DNA of 26,523 nt, taken from assembly GCA_046754105.1 (NCBI GenBank), contig JBHHVD010000041.1, positions 1 through 26,523 of the forward strand. The letters run 5' to 3'. Every line of letters starts with the position of its first letter. Within the stretch, counting starts at the first letter, position 1. A program made the translations under genes and the position numbers. Positions 18,517-26,523 of this stretch are shown in pieces. The DNA is from Candidatus Krumholzibacteriia bacterium. GTDB lineage: Bacteria > Krumholzibacteriota > Krumholzibacteriia > WVZY01. Under the pieces are notes generated by a model. It saw only the letters and a program-made list of their open reading frames with translations, searched no databases and had not been told where the DNA came from.

Positions 18517-19623
18517 ATGGGTGTTGTCAAGAGAATGGAGCGGGCCGGCAAGCGGTTCTTGATCCGTCTGACGACCGCCCTCGTTCGCACCGAGGCGCTG
18601 CCGAAGGAGGCCGTCCTGTCCCCCACGCCCAGCCGCATCCTCGTCATCCGCCAGCACAACCAGATGGGTGATATGCTCCTTGCCGTCCCGGCGTATCGCG
18701 CCATCAAGGAGACCTGCCCCGGGGCCGAGCTGGGGGTCGTATGCGCGCGGATCAACCGGGACGTGCTCCTCAATAACCCGTACGTGGACCGGGTCCATAC
18801 GTTCGCCGGTCTCAACCCGCTCCGGGTCGTGTTGCTGGTCCGTCGGTTACGACGCTGCCGCTACGATCTCGCCATCGTTCTGCACACCGTGTCGTTCTCC
18901 TTTACCAGCGCTATGCTCGGGCTTCTTTCCGGCGCCCGCTACCGCGTGGGTTCGACTTCGCGGCCGTTCCACAACCGCATGAGCTCGGCGTTCTATCACC
19001 TGGAGCTTCCGTTGCCCGGCGCGGACGAGCTCGACGGCATGAACGAGGCCGAGCACAATCTCTACCCCCTGGGCGCGCTGGGGATCAGAACAGCGGACAT
19101 CCGCCCGGTGCTCGTACCGACGGCGGCCAACGAGCAGTGGGCCGACTCCTATCTACGCCGGCATATGACGCAGGACGTACCCGTGGTCGCGGTGCACCCG
19201 GGCGCCGGTAAGGCCGGCAACATCTGGCCCCCGGAGAAACTTGCCGGCGTCGTCAACCGGCTGGCCGCCGCGCGAGAGATCGGCGTGTGCGTCATCGAAG
19301 GTCCTCGCGACGCGGGTCCCGTGCGGGCGTTTTGCGGTGTGGCGGACACCCGGTGCGTAACGCTCAAGGGCAGGCCGATCGGTGACGTGGCTGCCGTCCT
19401 CAGGAGGGCAAGGCTGGTGATCTGTAACGATACCGGCGTCATGCACGTGTCGTCCGCCGCCGGCGCGACGACTCTCGGCATCTTCGGTCCCACAGATCCG
19501 GTGCGCTGGGCTCCGAGGTGCCCCAACCTGCACGTGGTCCGGGCGGAGCACGGGCGGCTATCCGAACTCAAACCGGAAACCGTCTACGAACGGGCACGGG
19601 CGCTCCTCGACGCCTCGCCGTGA
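18517..19623 (+). CDS. Glycosyltransferase family 9 (LPS heptosyltransferase-like)
   Basis: RILVIR..QMGDMLL, LLNNPYVD, VHPGAG..WP, ICNDTGVMHVSSAAG, GIFGPTDPVRWAP. Confidence 0.9.
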   Translation: MGVVKRMERAGKRFLIRLTTALVRTEALPKEAVLSPTPSRILVIRQHNQMGDMLLAVPAYRAIKETCPGAELGVVCARINRDVLLNNPYVDRVHTFAGLNPLRVVLLVRRLRRCRYDLAIVLHTVSFSFTSAMLGLLSGARYRVGSTSRPFHNRMSSAFYHLELPLPGADELDGMNEAEHNLYPLGALGIRTADIRPVLVPTAANEQWADSYLRRHMTQDVPVVAVHPGAGKAGNIWPPEKLAGVVNRLAAAREIGVCVIEGPRDAGPVRAFCGVADTRCVTLKGRPIGDVAAVLRRARLVICNDTGVMHVSSAAGATTLGIFGPTDPVRWAPRCPNLHVVRAEHGRLSELKPETVYERARALLDASP

Positions 19624-19656
19624 CGCCCCCATCCTTACGCGTCCGGCCTATCGTGG

Positions 19657-21441
19657 CTAGTAGATGGGACTGAGTGTGATGTTGAGGGAAATGGTTTCGT
19701 TGGCGCCCACGGTGATCTGATTATTCCACACGTTGAACCCCGGTTTCTTGACGGTCACCAGGTGGTCGCCCGCGTCGAGTTCGAGCGATTTGCGAAGTGG
19801 TGTCACACCGACTCCGACCCCGTCCACCAGAATCTGCGCGCCGGCGAGCGTGGAGATCGCGATGTGGCCGGTGAGTTTTTCCAGGATGACGTTCCGCGTG
19901 GAGAGCTCGCCGGGGGTGATCCGTATCGTCTCGCTGTAACTCCGATACTTCGGGCTGCGGCACTCGATGGAATGCCGCCCTCGCTTGAGCTGAACGCGCA
20001 GCGTCGGCGCGGCGTCGCCCCGGTATTCGCCGTCGATGTAGATCGACGCCCAGGGTTCCACTTTGAACGAAATCCAGCCCTTGCGCGGGGACGGTCGCGG
20101 TTTGGGCGTGTCGGCGGGTTTGGAAGGAGACGTCGTATCCAGAGGTGGGGTCGTAGTGGTCGCTACCGGATCGGGTGTCCCGATGGTTTCTCCCGCCTCC
20201 GGCTGCGTGGGCGGATCGGTCGTCCCGGCCGCGGCTGGATTCGGGCTCCCCGGGCTCGTAGCTGTGGAGTCGGTGGCTGCCGGTTCCGTGGTGTCCGCCG
20301 CAGCAATCAACTTGTCGAGGATCATGCCGGGCAAGTAGGTACTTTGGACAGCGGTCGCGTCAAGGCCGCTGAGCTGGGTTGTCTGGCCCTTGTTGTCACC
20401 GGCGACTACGCGCGTGAGAACCTGGCGTACCTGACGCTGGACCGCGACCGGGGCCAGCGTGTAACCGAACCCTGCCGCCCCAAAGAGGGTGGCCGCGGCG
20501 ATCGCAGCGACCAACCCCCTCCGGAGTCGGCTTTTTCTTGTCTGCCTGTAGACGGTCTTGGGGAGCATCACCGTAGCGCCGTCGGTAGCGAGCAGGTGCT
20601 TGAGGCTATCTGTTGCCTCCCGTAGCTGGGCCAGGCCAAGGTACTGCTCAATCGCCTTTTTGAAATCGGCCGCCTTTTGAAACCGCGCCTGCCGCGCCTT
20701 GTTCATCGCCTTGGAGAGCAGGGACTGAACGGACTGGGGTACCTCGACGTTGAACCGGGACGGGTGGGGGGCGTTCTTGTTCATGATGTTCTGGATGACG
20801 CTCATGTAGCTGTCATCCCGAAACGGCTGCACGCCGGTGATCATCTCGTAAAACATGGTGCCGAGAGAGAACAGGTCACTGCGATGGTCAACGCTCTCGC
20901 CGTACGCCTGCTCGGGTGACATATATAAAGGCGTTCCCAATATGGAGTTTGCAGCCGTGTGCTGAGTGGAGGATTGTGTCAGTTTGGCCAACCCGAAGTC
21001 GGTGATCTTCACCTTGCCCGCGCGCGTAAGCATGATGTTGCCCGGCTTGATATCGCGGTGAACGATTCCTTTGCCGTGCGCGTGTTCGAGACCCTGGCAC
21101 ACCTGGTGGACGATGGCCAGGGCGACATCCACCGGTACTTGCTTCCACCGGTCGAGAATGTCGCGCAGGCTGTCGCCCTCGATGAACTCCATCACCATGT
21201 AATAGGTGCCGTCCTCAGTGCCGAAATCGATGATCTTTACAATGTTGTCGTGATCGAGCGAAGCCGCCGCCTTGGCCTCGAGGATGAAGCGGCGGGTGAA
21301 GTTGTCGTCCTCGGTCAGATGCGGATGGAGTTGCTTTATCGCGACGACGCGATCGAGCGATGTCTGAATCGCCTTGTGAAGAACAGCCGTCCCACCGGAG
21401 GCAACAAGATTGAGTATTTGATAGTTCTTGTCTTTAGCCAC
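19657..21441 (-). CDS. Membrane-anchored Hanks-type Ser/Thr protein kinase with C-terminal PEGA domains
   Basis: VAIK, HRDIKPGN, DFGLAK, GTPLYMSPE, SDLFSLG. Basic stretch then one TM helix, a Pro/Thr-rich linker and two PEGA-like units. GTG 21441 chosen because GAGGTG lies 6 nt upstream; 21450 is an alternative start. Confidence 0.92.
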   Translation of the reverse strand: MAKDKNYQILNLVASGGTAVLHKAIQTSLDRVVAIKQLHPHLTEDDNFTRRFILEAKAAASLDHDNIVKIIDFGTEDGTYYMVMEFIEGDSLRDILDRWKQVPVDVALAIVHQVCQGLEHAHGKGIVHRDIKPGNIMLTRAGKVKITDFGLAKLTQSSTQHTAANSILGTPLYMSPEQAYGESVDHRSDLFSLGTMFYEMITGVQPFRDDSYMSVIQNIMNKNAPHPSRFNVEVPQSVQSLLSKAMNKARQARFQKAADFKKAIEQYLGLAQLREATDSLKHLLATDGATVMLPKTVYRQTRKSRLRRGLVAAIAAATLFGAAGFGYTLAPVAVQRQVRQVLTRVVAGDNKGQTTQLSGLDATAVQSTYLPGMILDKLIAAADTTEPAATDSTATSPGSPNPAAAGTTDPPTQPEAGETIGTPDPVATTTTPPLDTTSPSKPADTPKPRPSPRKGWISFKVEPWASIYIDGEYRGDAAPTLRVQLKRGRHSIECRSPKYRSYSETIRITPGELSTRNVILEKLTGHIAISTLAGAQILVDGVGVGVTPLRKSLELDAGDHLVTVKKPGFNVWNNQITVGANETISLNITLSPIY

Positions 21442-21446
21442 GCATC

Positions 21447-22208
21447 TCACCTCGCCAGAACAAGACGCTCGGCCAGGTAAGAGGGAAGGCCTTCAGACAA
21501 AATCTTATCCTGGCACGTAGAGATGTCGTAGGGCACGCGGAGAAACTCGATCGTGTCCCTTTCTTCATCGAGGATTACGACACAGGCGTCGGGGTTCTTG
21601 TCGCGGGGTTGACCGGTGCTGCCGACGTTTACGAAGTACCGGTACCCTTCCTCGATGCAGACCTTGCTGTCGCGCACGATCTCCATGCGGCCCCGCACCT
21701 CGTCCATGCGGACGAGGACGGGCAGGTGCGTATGTCCGACGAAGCAGAAGCGCTGCCCGATCGACGAAAGAACGCCGCCGACGTCTTCGAGTGCCTGAAT
21801 ATAGCTGAATCGCATCGGCTCGACGGGAGAGGCGTGGGTGAAGCAATAGTCCCCGTCGATATAGACCAGGGGCAGATTGGACAATGTGGTAATGTCTTCC
21901 TCGTCGAGCTGGTCCCGGGTCCACTCGACGGCCGCCTGCGCCATAGGATTGAAGTCATCACTCGGGATCACGCCGGCGACGGCGAGATCGTGATTGCCCG
22001 CCAGGATCAGATTGGCCTCATCCCGCAAGATTTCCATGCACTCCTTGGGGTTGGCTCCGTATCCCACGACATCGCCCAGGCAGTAGAGTTGATACGGCCC
22101 GAGTTTCTGGACAAAAGCCAGCGCGGCCTGCAGGGCCTCGAGGTTGCCATGGATATCCGAAATCAAGACGTACCGTGTCTTCTGCGGTGCGGAAGTAGAC
22201 ATTTCCAT
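21447..22208 (-). CDS. Calcineurin-like metallophosphoesterase
   Basis: SDIHGN, LGDVVGYG, GNHD, THASP, GHTH and NVGSTGQPRD motifs. Confidence 0.9.
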   Translation of the reverse strand: MEMSTSAPQKTRYVLISDIHGNLEALQAALAFVQKLGPYQLYCLGDVVGYGANPKECMEILRDEANLILAGNHDLAVAGVIPSDDFNPMAQAAVEWTRDQLDEEDITTLSNLPLVYIDGDYCFTHASPVEPMRFSYIQALEDVGGVLSSIGQRFCFVGHTHLPVLVRMDEVRGRMEIVRDSKVCIEEGYRYFVNVGSTGQPRDKNPDACVVILDEERDTIEFLRVPYDISTCQDKILSEGLPSYLAERLVLAR

Positions 22209-22217
22209 GGTCGACGG

Positions 22218-23564
22218 TTACTCCTCGTAGATGAACTCGTGCTTGCCGATGCGAATCGCGTCGTGGTTTTGCAGGACGTGCTCCTTGACGGGCTTGCCCC
22301 CAACCGTGACCTTGCGATATCCGTTTATGTGGCGTAGAACGTGGCCCCCGTTCTCGGGTACGATCTCGGCGTGCTGCGCGGCCACAAAGAAACCGTTGAT
22401 CTCGACGTCCGCCTCGTCGTCCTTTCCCATTACTATGGGCTTGTGGAGGCTGATCTCGGATTGGCCGGAGCCCGTTTTCTCGAGCAGTCGCGGCGCCGAA
22501 CCCTCGCCGTTTCCGGGTGACGCCGGTTGTTCTGGTACCTGGCCGGGGCCGAAGACGACGGTTTGATCGAACGGCGCGATATCGGGTCCCCCGGCGACCT
22601 CGACTCCAGTCTGGCTCTGAATCTTGAGTGTGTGCTTGCCGATAACGATCTGGTCGCCGGACCTCAGTTTCGCGCGCCCGACTTTCTGATTGTTCAAGAC
22701 CGTTCCGTTCAAGCTGTCGCAGTCGCGAATGTAATAGTCTCCCTTTTCCTTCTCCAGGACCGCGTGAAGCCGCGATACGGCCAGGTTGTCTATCACGATG
22801 TCGTTGTCCGCCGTGCGGCCGATGTTGAAAACCGGTTTGTCGAGAATCCAGTGCCCGATTTCCTTCTTCTTGAACACCAGCGTAACTACCGGTGGTTTCG
22901 ACAAATACAAATTCGTAACGTCGCCGAGGTGGTGCTCGTCGATCATTTTGGCGTCACTGGCGTACTTGACGAGCAGGTCTTCGTAGACGGTGATCTCCAA
23001 CGGGCGCTCCGCAGACAGCGTGTAGATCTTGATCAGGAAATCCTCGCGGAAGTTGCGCTCCTTGGGCGTCGGCGACGACTCCTGGTGGCAAAGCGCAGTC
23101 ACTCTGCCTTTTTCGTAGCGAAGCAGCGCCAGAAACGAATCCTGCATCGCGCAGACGATGCGGCTCTTGCCCTCTTCCTCGATCTTGTCGAGCACCTGAT
23201 CCAGGTCGACGAGGGAGGTCAGGAGTTTCAGCGCGGGTTTCTTCTGAAACAGGATCAGCAGCGAGTGCAGGATCTTGTTGTTAACCCCGTAACAGGTCAT
23301 CCGCGGTGACATCAACTGGCCCGCCGTCAGCAAAAAATCTTTTATCGACGTGTCACCGAACTGCGTTCCGTCGATCTTGCCGGCGCTGTAAATTTGGCTT
23401 TCGCGAAAAAAGAGACAATGCTGCTGCTCGCCGTCCGCCATCTCGAGGTAGCACGGATGCTTCTCGCTTAGCTGAAGCGCTTCCGCAACTACCGCGTTGA
23501 GATCCGCGGGCGAGTAGCCTTCGTAACTTCTTGCGATCTTCAGGTACGGCAGCTTTATACTCAC
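22218..23564 (-). CDS. FHA domain-containing protein (unknown N-terminal region plus two FHA domains)
   Basis: FHA1: IGRTADNDIVIDNLAVSRLHA..SLNGT. FHA2 is degenerate. GTG start with AAGGA upstream. Confidence 0.88.
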   Translation of the reverse strand: MSIKLPYLKIARSYEGYSPADLNAVVAEALQLSEKHPCYLEMADGEQQHCLFFRESQIYSAGKIDGTQFGDTSIKDFLLTAGQLMSPRMTCYGVNNKILHSLLILFQKKPALKLLTSLVDLDQVLDKIEEEGKSRIVCAMQDSFLALLRYEKGRVTALCHQESSPTPKERNFREDFLIKIYTLSAERPLEITVYEDLLVKYASDAKMIDEHHLGDVTNLYLSKPPVVTLVFKKKEIGHWILDKPVFNIGRTADNDIVIDNLAVSRLHAVLEKEKGDYYIRDCDSLNGTVLNNQKVGRAKLRSGDQIVIGKHTLKIQSQTGVEVAGGPDIAPFDQTVVFGPGQVPEQPASPGNGEGSAPRLLEKTGSGQSEISLHKPIVMGKDDEADVEINGFFVAAQHAEIVPENGGHVLRHINGYRKVTVGGKPVKEHVLQNHDAIRIGKHEFIYEE

Positions 23565-23623
23565 GTCAAACGTCCTTCTGCGATCATCGAACCGGGGGCG
23601 TCATATGCACGGGCTCGAAAAGG

Positions 23624-23639
23624 GCAAAAAGCATGCCAG
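23624..23639 (-). promoter_or_regulatory. Sigma54 (-24/-12) promoter CTGGCATGCTTTTTGC
   Basis: TGGCA..TTGC with exactly 10 nt between GG (23637-23636) and GC (23625-23624). Oriented toward the FHA gene, 60 nt upstream of its start. Confidence 0.8.
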
Positions 23640-23873
23640 AGAAGGGCTTATGCAGGCGAGATGAATCACTGTATGCCGTTGCGACATCGGCAGATGCACG
23701 GCCGGGTTTCGCGCGGCGATTTGTACCGCGGCGGTGATGCATTAGCGCGACGTTGACCGCAAAATGCCGGACGAGCGCTGTCCTCCGGGTCGAACGATGA
23801 CCCAACACGTCTTGTTGTTCCCCAGAATGCCCCACGGGGAGCCAGTTTGCGTGATGGGGACGGGATTTTTCCC

Positions 23874-23903
23874 TTGAAATCGGGCCATGAGATCGTATAC
23901 AAT
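23874..23903 (+). promoter_or_regulatory. Sigma70-type promoter TTGAAA-N18-TACAAT upstream of the csp leader
   Basis: -35 at 23874-23879 and -10 at 23898-23903, implying a leader of about 120 nt. Confidence 0.55.
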
Positions 23904-23926
23904 AAGGGGAGTTCAAGGACCCACCT

Positions 23927-24010
23927 ATGTTCTCCAGGGGCACCGTATGTAAGCAGGTTTTGGGAATGGTCGCGGGGACGCTGTTTATCCTGGCGGCTTT
24001 TTTTGTTTAA
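23927..24010 (+). CDS. Candidate 27-aa hydrophobic small ORF (MFSRGTVCKQVLGMVAGTLFILAAFFV)
   Basis: Manual translation ATG 23927 to TAA 24010. AAGGA lies 7 nt upstream. C-terminal 17 residues are apolar. Confidence 0.3.
   Translation: MFSRGTVCKQVLGMVAGTLFILAAFFV
23968..24004 (+). terminator. Imperfect hairpin plus T7 tract in the csp leader (attenuator-like)
   Basis: GGTCGCGGGGA pairs with TCCTGGCGGCT (G-U pairs, one mismatch), followed by a T run at 23998-24004. Confidence 0.35.
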
Positions 24011-24026
24011 AAGGGGGCAATAGCGA

Positions 24027-24245
24027 TTGCGTATGACTGGTAAAGTTAAGTGGTTCAATGAAAGCAAAGGCTACGGATTCATCAAGCAGGAATCCGGAAG
24101 AGACATCTTCGTCCATTACTCCGAGATCCAGGGTGACGGCTACCGGACGCTTACCGAAGGCGAGACGGTCGAATTCGAAACCCGCGAGGGGCCGAAAGGT
24201 CTCGAAGCAACCAGAGTGTCGAGGGCAGCGCAGGCCGAAGGATAG
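24027..24245 (+). CDS. Cold-shock domain protein (CspA family)
   Basis: [15 protein letters not shown] (RNP1), DIFVHYS (RNP2), GPKG. Start is either TTG 24027 (better spacing to AAGGGGG) or ATG 24033. Confidence 0.95.
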   Translation: MRMTGKVKWFNESKGYGFIKQESGRDIFVHYSEIQGDGYRTLTEGETVEFETREGPKGLEATRVSRAAQAEG

Positions 24246-24281
24246 ACGCCTGCCCCGATGGGGGGATAACCGGCGGATCGA

Positions 24282-25910
24282 CTATTTGACTTCCGCGCTG
24301 ATTCGCTGCAGGTTTTTCTTCGCTTTCTCATTGCTGGGATCGATCTCGACGGCCTTGGACCAGGCCTGATAGGCGTCGTCCGTCTTGCCCATCTTGTAAT
24401 AGGCGTTGCCGAGGTTTGTGTAGGCTGAGCTGTTGTTCGTGCTGCGGCCCAGAGCCTCGTTGTACATCTCGACTGCCTGGTCGTAGTGGCCTCGCTTGAA
24501 GAAGATGTAACCGAGATTGTTGTAGGCCGCGTGCAGAGCGGGGCTGATCTCAACGGCGCGTGTGAAGGCCTCGCTCGCTTTTTCCTCGTCGTTGAGTTCC
24601 GTATAGGCCAGCCCGAGGTTGTTGTAGGCCTCGGCGAATTCCGGGTCCACCCGGACGGCTTCGAGAAACTGGTCGCGCGCCATCTCGTAGGCGCCGTTGT
24701 GGAAACTGGTAACGCCGAGATTGTTGAATTTTTTCGCTTCCTTCTTGCCGTGCCTCTCACGCTCGTTATTACGGTGTTTCTTCCCGTCCTCCATGTAACC
24801 GAGAAGGTCTTCCTGGTTTTCCGCGAGGCTGTCCAGGCGCACCGTCCAGGTCTTTTGCTGGCTCTGAAGATCTTTGACCGCCGCCGTGATCGTGTCATGC
24901 CATGCGGACATCTTGCTCTCCATTTCCTGCTGCGACTTCAGAGCTGTCTCCAACCGGTTCTTCACCTCGGCGATCGGCGCGCCACCGCTTTTTGAGGAAT
25001 GCTCGAGCTGTTTGGACATGTCCTCCGTGTGCGCCTGAATCTTGTTGAAGTTCTGGCGCAAATCCAGGACGATTTCGGACACGGTCGCCGTCAGATCTTC
25101 TATGCTGCCTTCGCGAGTGTCGATTTTTTTCTGGAGCGATTCGATCTTCTTCACTATCTCATCGCTCCCCGCCTTGTCGTCGGCCTTGCGTAGCGACTCG
25201 ATTTTTTTCTCCAGCGTGTCGATCTTTCTTGTCATTTCGTCGGTAATCGCCTTGCCGTCGGCGGCGGGCAGCGAATCGATTTTCTTCTGTAAGGAGTCGA
25301 TTTTTTTCGTAACTTCGTGCGTCGCCGCCTTGCTCTCGTCTCTGGGGATCGAGCCGATCTGCTTTTGCAGCGCGTCGAGTTTCTTGGACACGTCATCACT
25401 CAAAGGACCGCCATCGGTTCTTTGCAAGGCGTCGATCTTTTTTTCGAAAGCCTTCTGCATGTCGGCCAGTAGCCTGGACTGGTTCTTCTCCGATTCGCCG
25501 AGACTCTTCACGAGTTCCGCCACACTCTGGGTCTGAAATTTCCAGATCTTGTCGATGTCCTTGGACACCTGGCCCGAGATGTCTTTCGACGAATCCGGGG
25601 TTCTGGGCGCCGCGGGCGGCGGTTTCTCCAGCATTGAGAAAATCAAATCAAATTGACAGTCATCGGATTTCGCCTTGTAGAACCGGCAGGCATCTTTCAT
25701 GCACTCAAGGTGTGACGGTACGTCTTTTTTGGATCCCTTCGTGGCCCTGGCCTTGGTCACCGTGCCGGTCGAGGGCGCTTTGTCTCCTTCGTAGCCGAGA
25801 ACGACGACGGCGTCACCGCCGGTATTGGCTTGGGATGACCCCTGGCCGAGTGTGAGCGTGCTCGCATTATCATCTCCCAGCATGTGGGATATAAAGGGAC
25901 AAATCTTCAT
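24282..25910 (-). CDS. Coiled-coil plus TPR protein with N-terminal Cys motif
   Basis: GGAGG SD. C-terminal TPRs (AYNNLGLAY, AYNNLGYIF, AYTNLGNAY), long heptad region, Cys at positions 4, 70, 75 and 85. Confidence 0.85.
   Translation of the reverse strand: MKICPFISHMLGDDNASTLTLGQGSSQANTGGDAVVVLGYEGDKAPSTGTVTKARATKGSKKDVPSHLECMKDACRFYKAKSDDCQFDLIFSMLEKPPPAAPRTPDSSKDISGQVSKDIDKIWKFQTQSVAELVKSLGESEKNQSRLLADMQKAFEKKIDALQRTDGGPLSDDVSKKLDALQKQIGSIPRDESKAATHEVTKKIDSLQKKIDSLPAADGKAITDEMTRKIDTLEKKIESLRKADDKAGSDEIVKKIESLQKKIDTREGSIEDLTATVSEIVLDLRQNFNKIQAHTEDMSKQLEHSSKSGGAPIAEVKNRLETALKSQQEMESKMSAWHDTITAAVKDLQSQQKTWTVRLDSLAENQEDLLGYMEDGKKHRNNERERHGKKEAKKFNNLGVTSFHNGAYEMARDQFLEAVRVDPEFAEAYNNLGLAYTELNDEEKASEAFTRAVEISPALHAAYNNLGYIFFKRGHYDQAVEMYNEALGRSTNNSSAYTNLGNAYYKMGKTDDAYQAWSKAVEIDPSNEKAKKNLQRISAEVK
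25113..25397 (-). repeat. About 3.7 degenerate 78-bp coding repeats (26 aa)
   Basis: DDVSKKLDALQKQIGSIPRDESKAAT / HEVTKKIDSLQKKIDSLPAADGKAIT / DEMTRKIDTLEKKIESLRKADDKAGS / DEIVKKIESLQKKIDTR. Confidence 0.8.
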
Positions 25911-25941
25911 CGGACCGTTCCTCCTGTTCGTGACTTCCGGC

Positions 25942-26523
25942 TCATAATTTTGTTACTTTCTCGAGCACCAGGGCCGCTCCGCCGATCTGGCGGATATATT
26001 TTTGATAATTCAGTTTTGCTATATCCTCGATTTCCGCGAAATCGGGGTCCTCACTCATGATCTTCAGGTACACGCTGTGGGCCGCGTCGAAGCGATTCAG
26101 TCGCTGGTAGCAGTGTGCGATGCGGAGCAAGTATTCCCGCCGTTCCTTTTTGCTCAGCGCCGTCAGCTGGACGGCCTTGAGGATGACGAGGGCCGAGAGC
26201 GGCTGGTCTTGATCGAGGTAGTAGGCGGCAAGGTAGAGCTTGCGCTTGATTTCCTGACCCACATTCTCTGGTGTAAACGTCAGCAGCCGCCGCGTCTCGT
26301 CGATTCGACCCAGCAATGTCGCGCGCTCGATGAGGCGCAGCGTCTCGGCGGCCCCGAGCTTGCCGTCGTCAAAGCGGGCGCACAGCGCATCAAAATCTTC
26401 TTCCACTTCGGCTCCAAGATCGAGTTCGCGCTCCCGCGGCTCCGATGCGACGGGGGATTCGGTCGCGGCCGGCGGTGGCGGTGGCGGTGGCACGATCGGC
26501 TCTTCCCGTTCGATCGGGGCTTG
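25942..26523 (-). CDS. TPR-containing protein, C-terminal part only
   Basis: The frame is open to the window edge (QAPIEREEPIVPPPPPP..). Pro-rich linker, then TPR-like helices (YLLRIAHCYQRLNRFDAAHSVYLKIMSEDPDF). Confidence 0.75.
   Translation of the reverse strand, partial: QAPIEREEPIVPPPPPPPAATESPVASEPRERELDLGAEVEEDFDALCARFDDGKLGAAETLRLIERATLLGRIDETRRLLTFTPENVGQEIKRKLYLAAYYLDQDQPLSALVILKAVQLTALSKKERREYLLRIAHCYQRLNRFDAAHSVYLKIMSEDPDFAEIEDIAKLNYQKYIRQIGGAALVLEKVTKL

Noticed and set aside
23584..24067. Minus-strand ORFs of 119 and 133 aa in the FHA-csp intergenic region
   Set aside because: They overlap the sigma54 and sigma70 promoters and the csp leader or start, and show no motifs.

Overview
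A high-GC bacterial chromosomal segment, probably from a diderm (GT9 LPS-type glycosyltransferase, lipoproteins, sigma54 components). No mobile element, CRISPR array, tRNA or rRNA was seen. Left to right: partial exported isoaspartyl peptidase/asparaginase; divergent dinB; a block of uncharacterised exported proteins (Gly-rich 15-aa repeat protein, four-repeat protein, DUF4412-like protein, two paralogous lipoproteins, a conserved hypothetical); miaB-tdh-kbl; a 1535-aa sigma54 enhancer-binding protein (probable pseudokinase, P-loop NTPase, TPR, GAF-like, AAA+, HTH) downstream of ptsN and a short C4 zinc-ribbon gene; rsgA; GT9; an FHA / metallophosphoesterase / membrane Ser/Thr kinase-PEGA operon preceded by a well-formed sigma54 -24/-12 promoter; a cold-shock gene with a structured leader that contains a small hydrophobic ORF; and two TPR genes. 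The best candidate for an undescribed system is a possible circuit linking the giant activator cluster to the sigma54-driven Ser/Thr phosphorylation operon. That link is inferred from proximity only. All family calls come from motif recognition by eye; no database searches were run.
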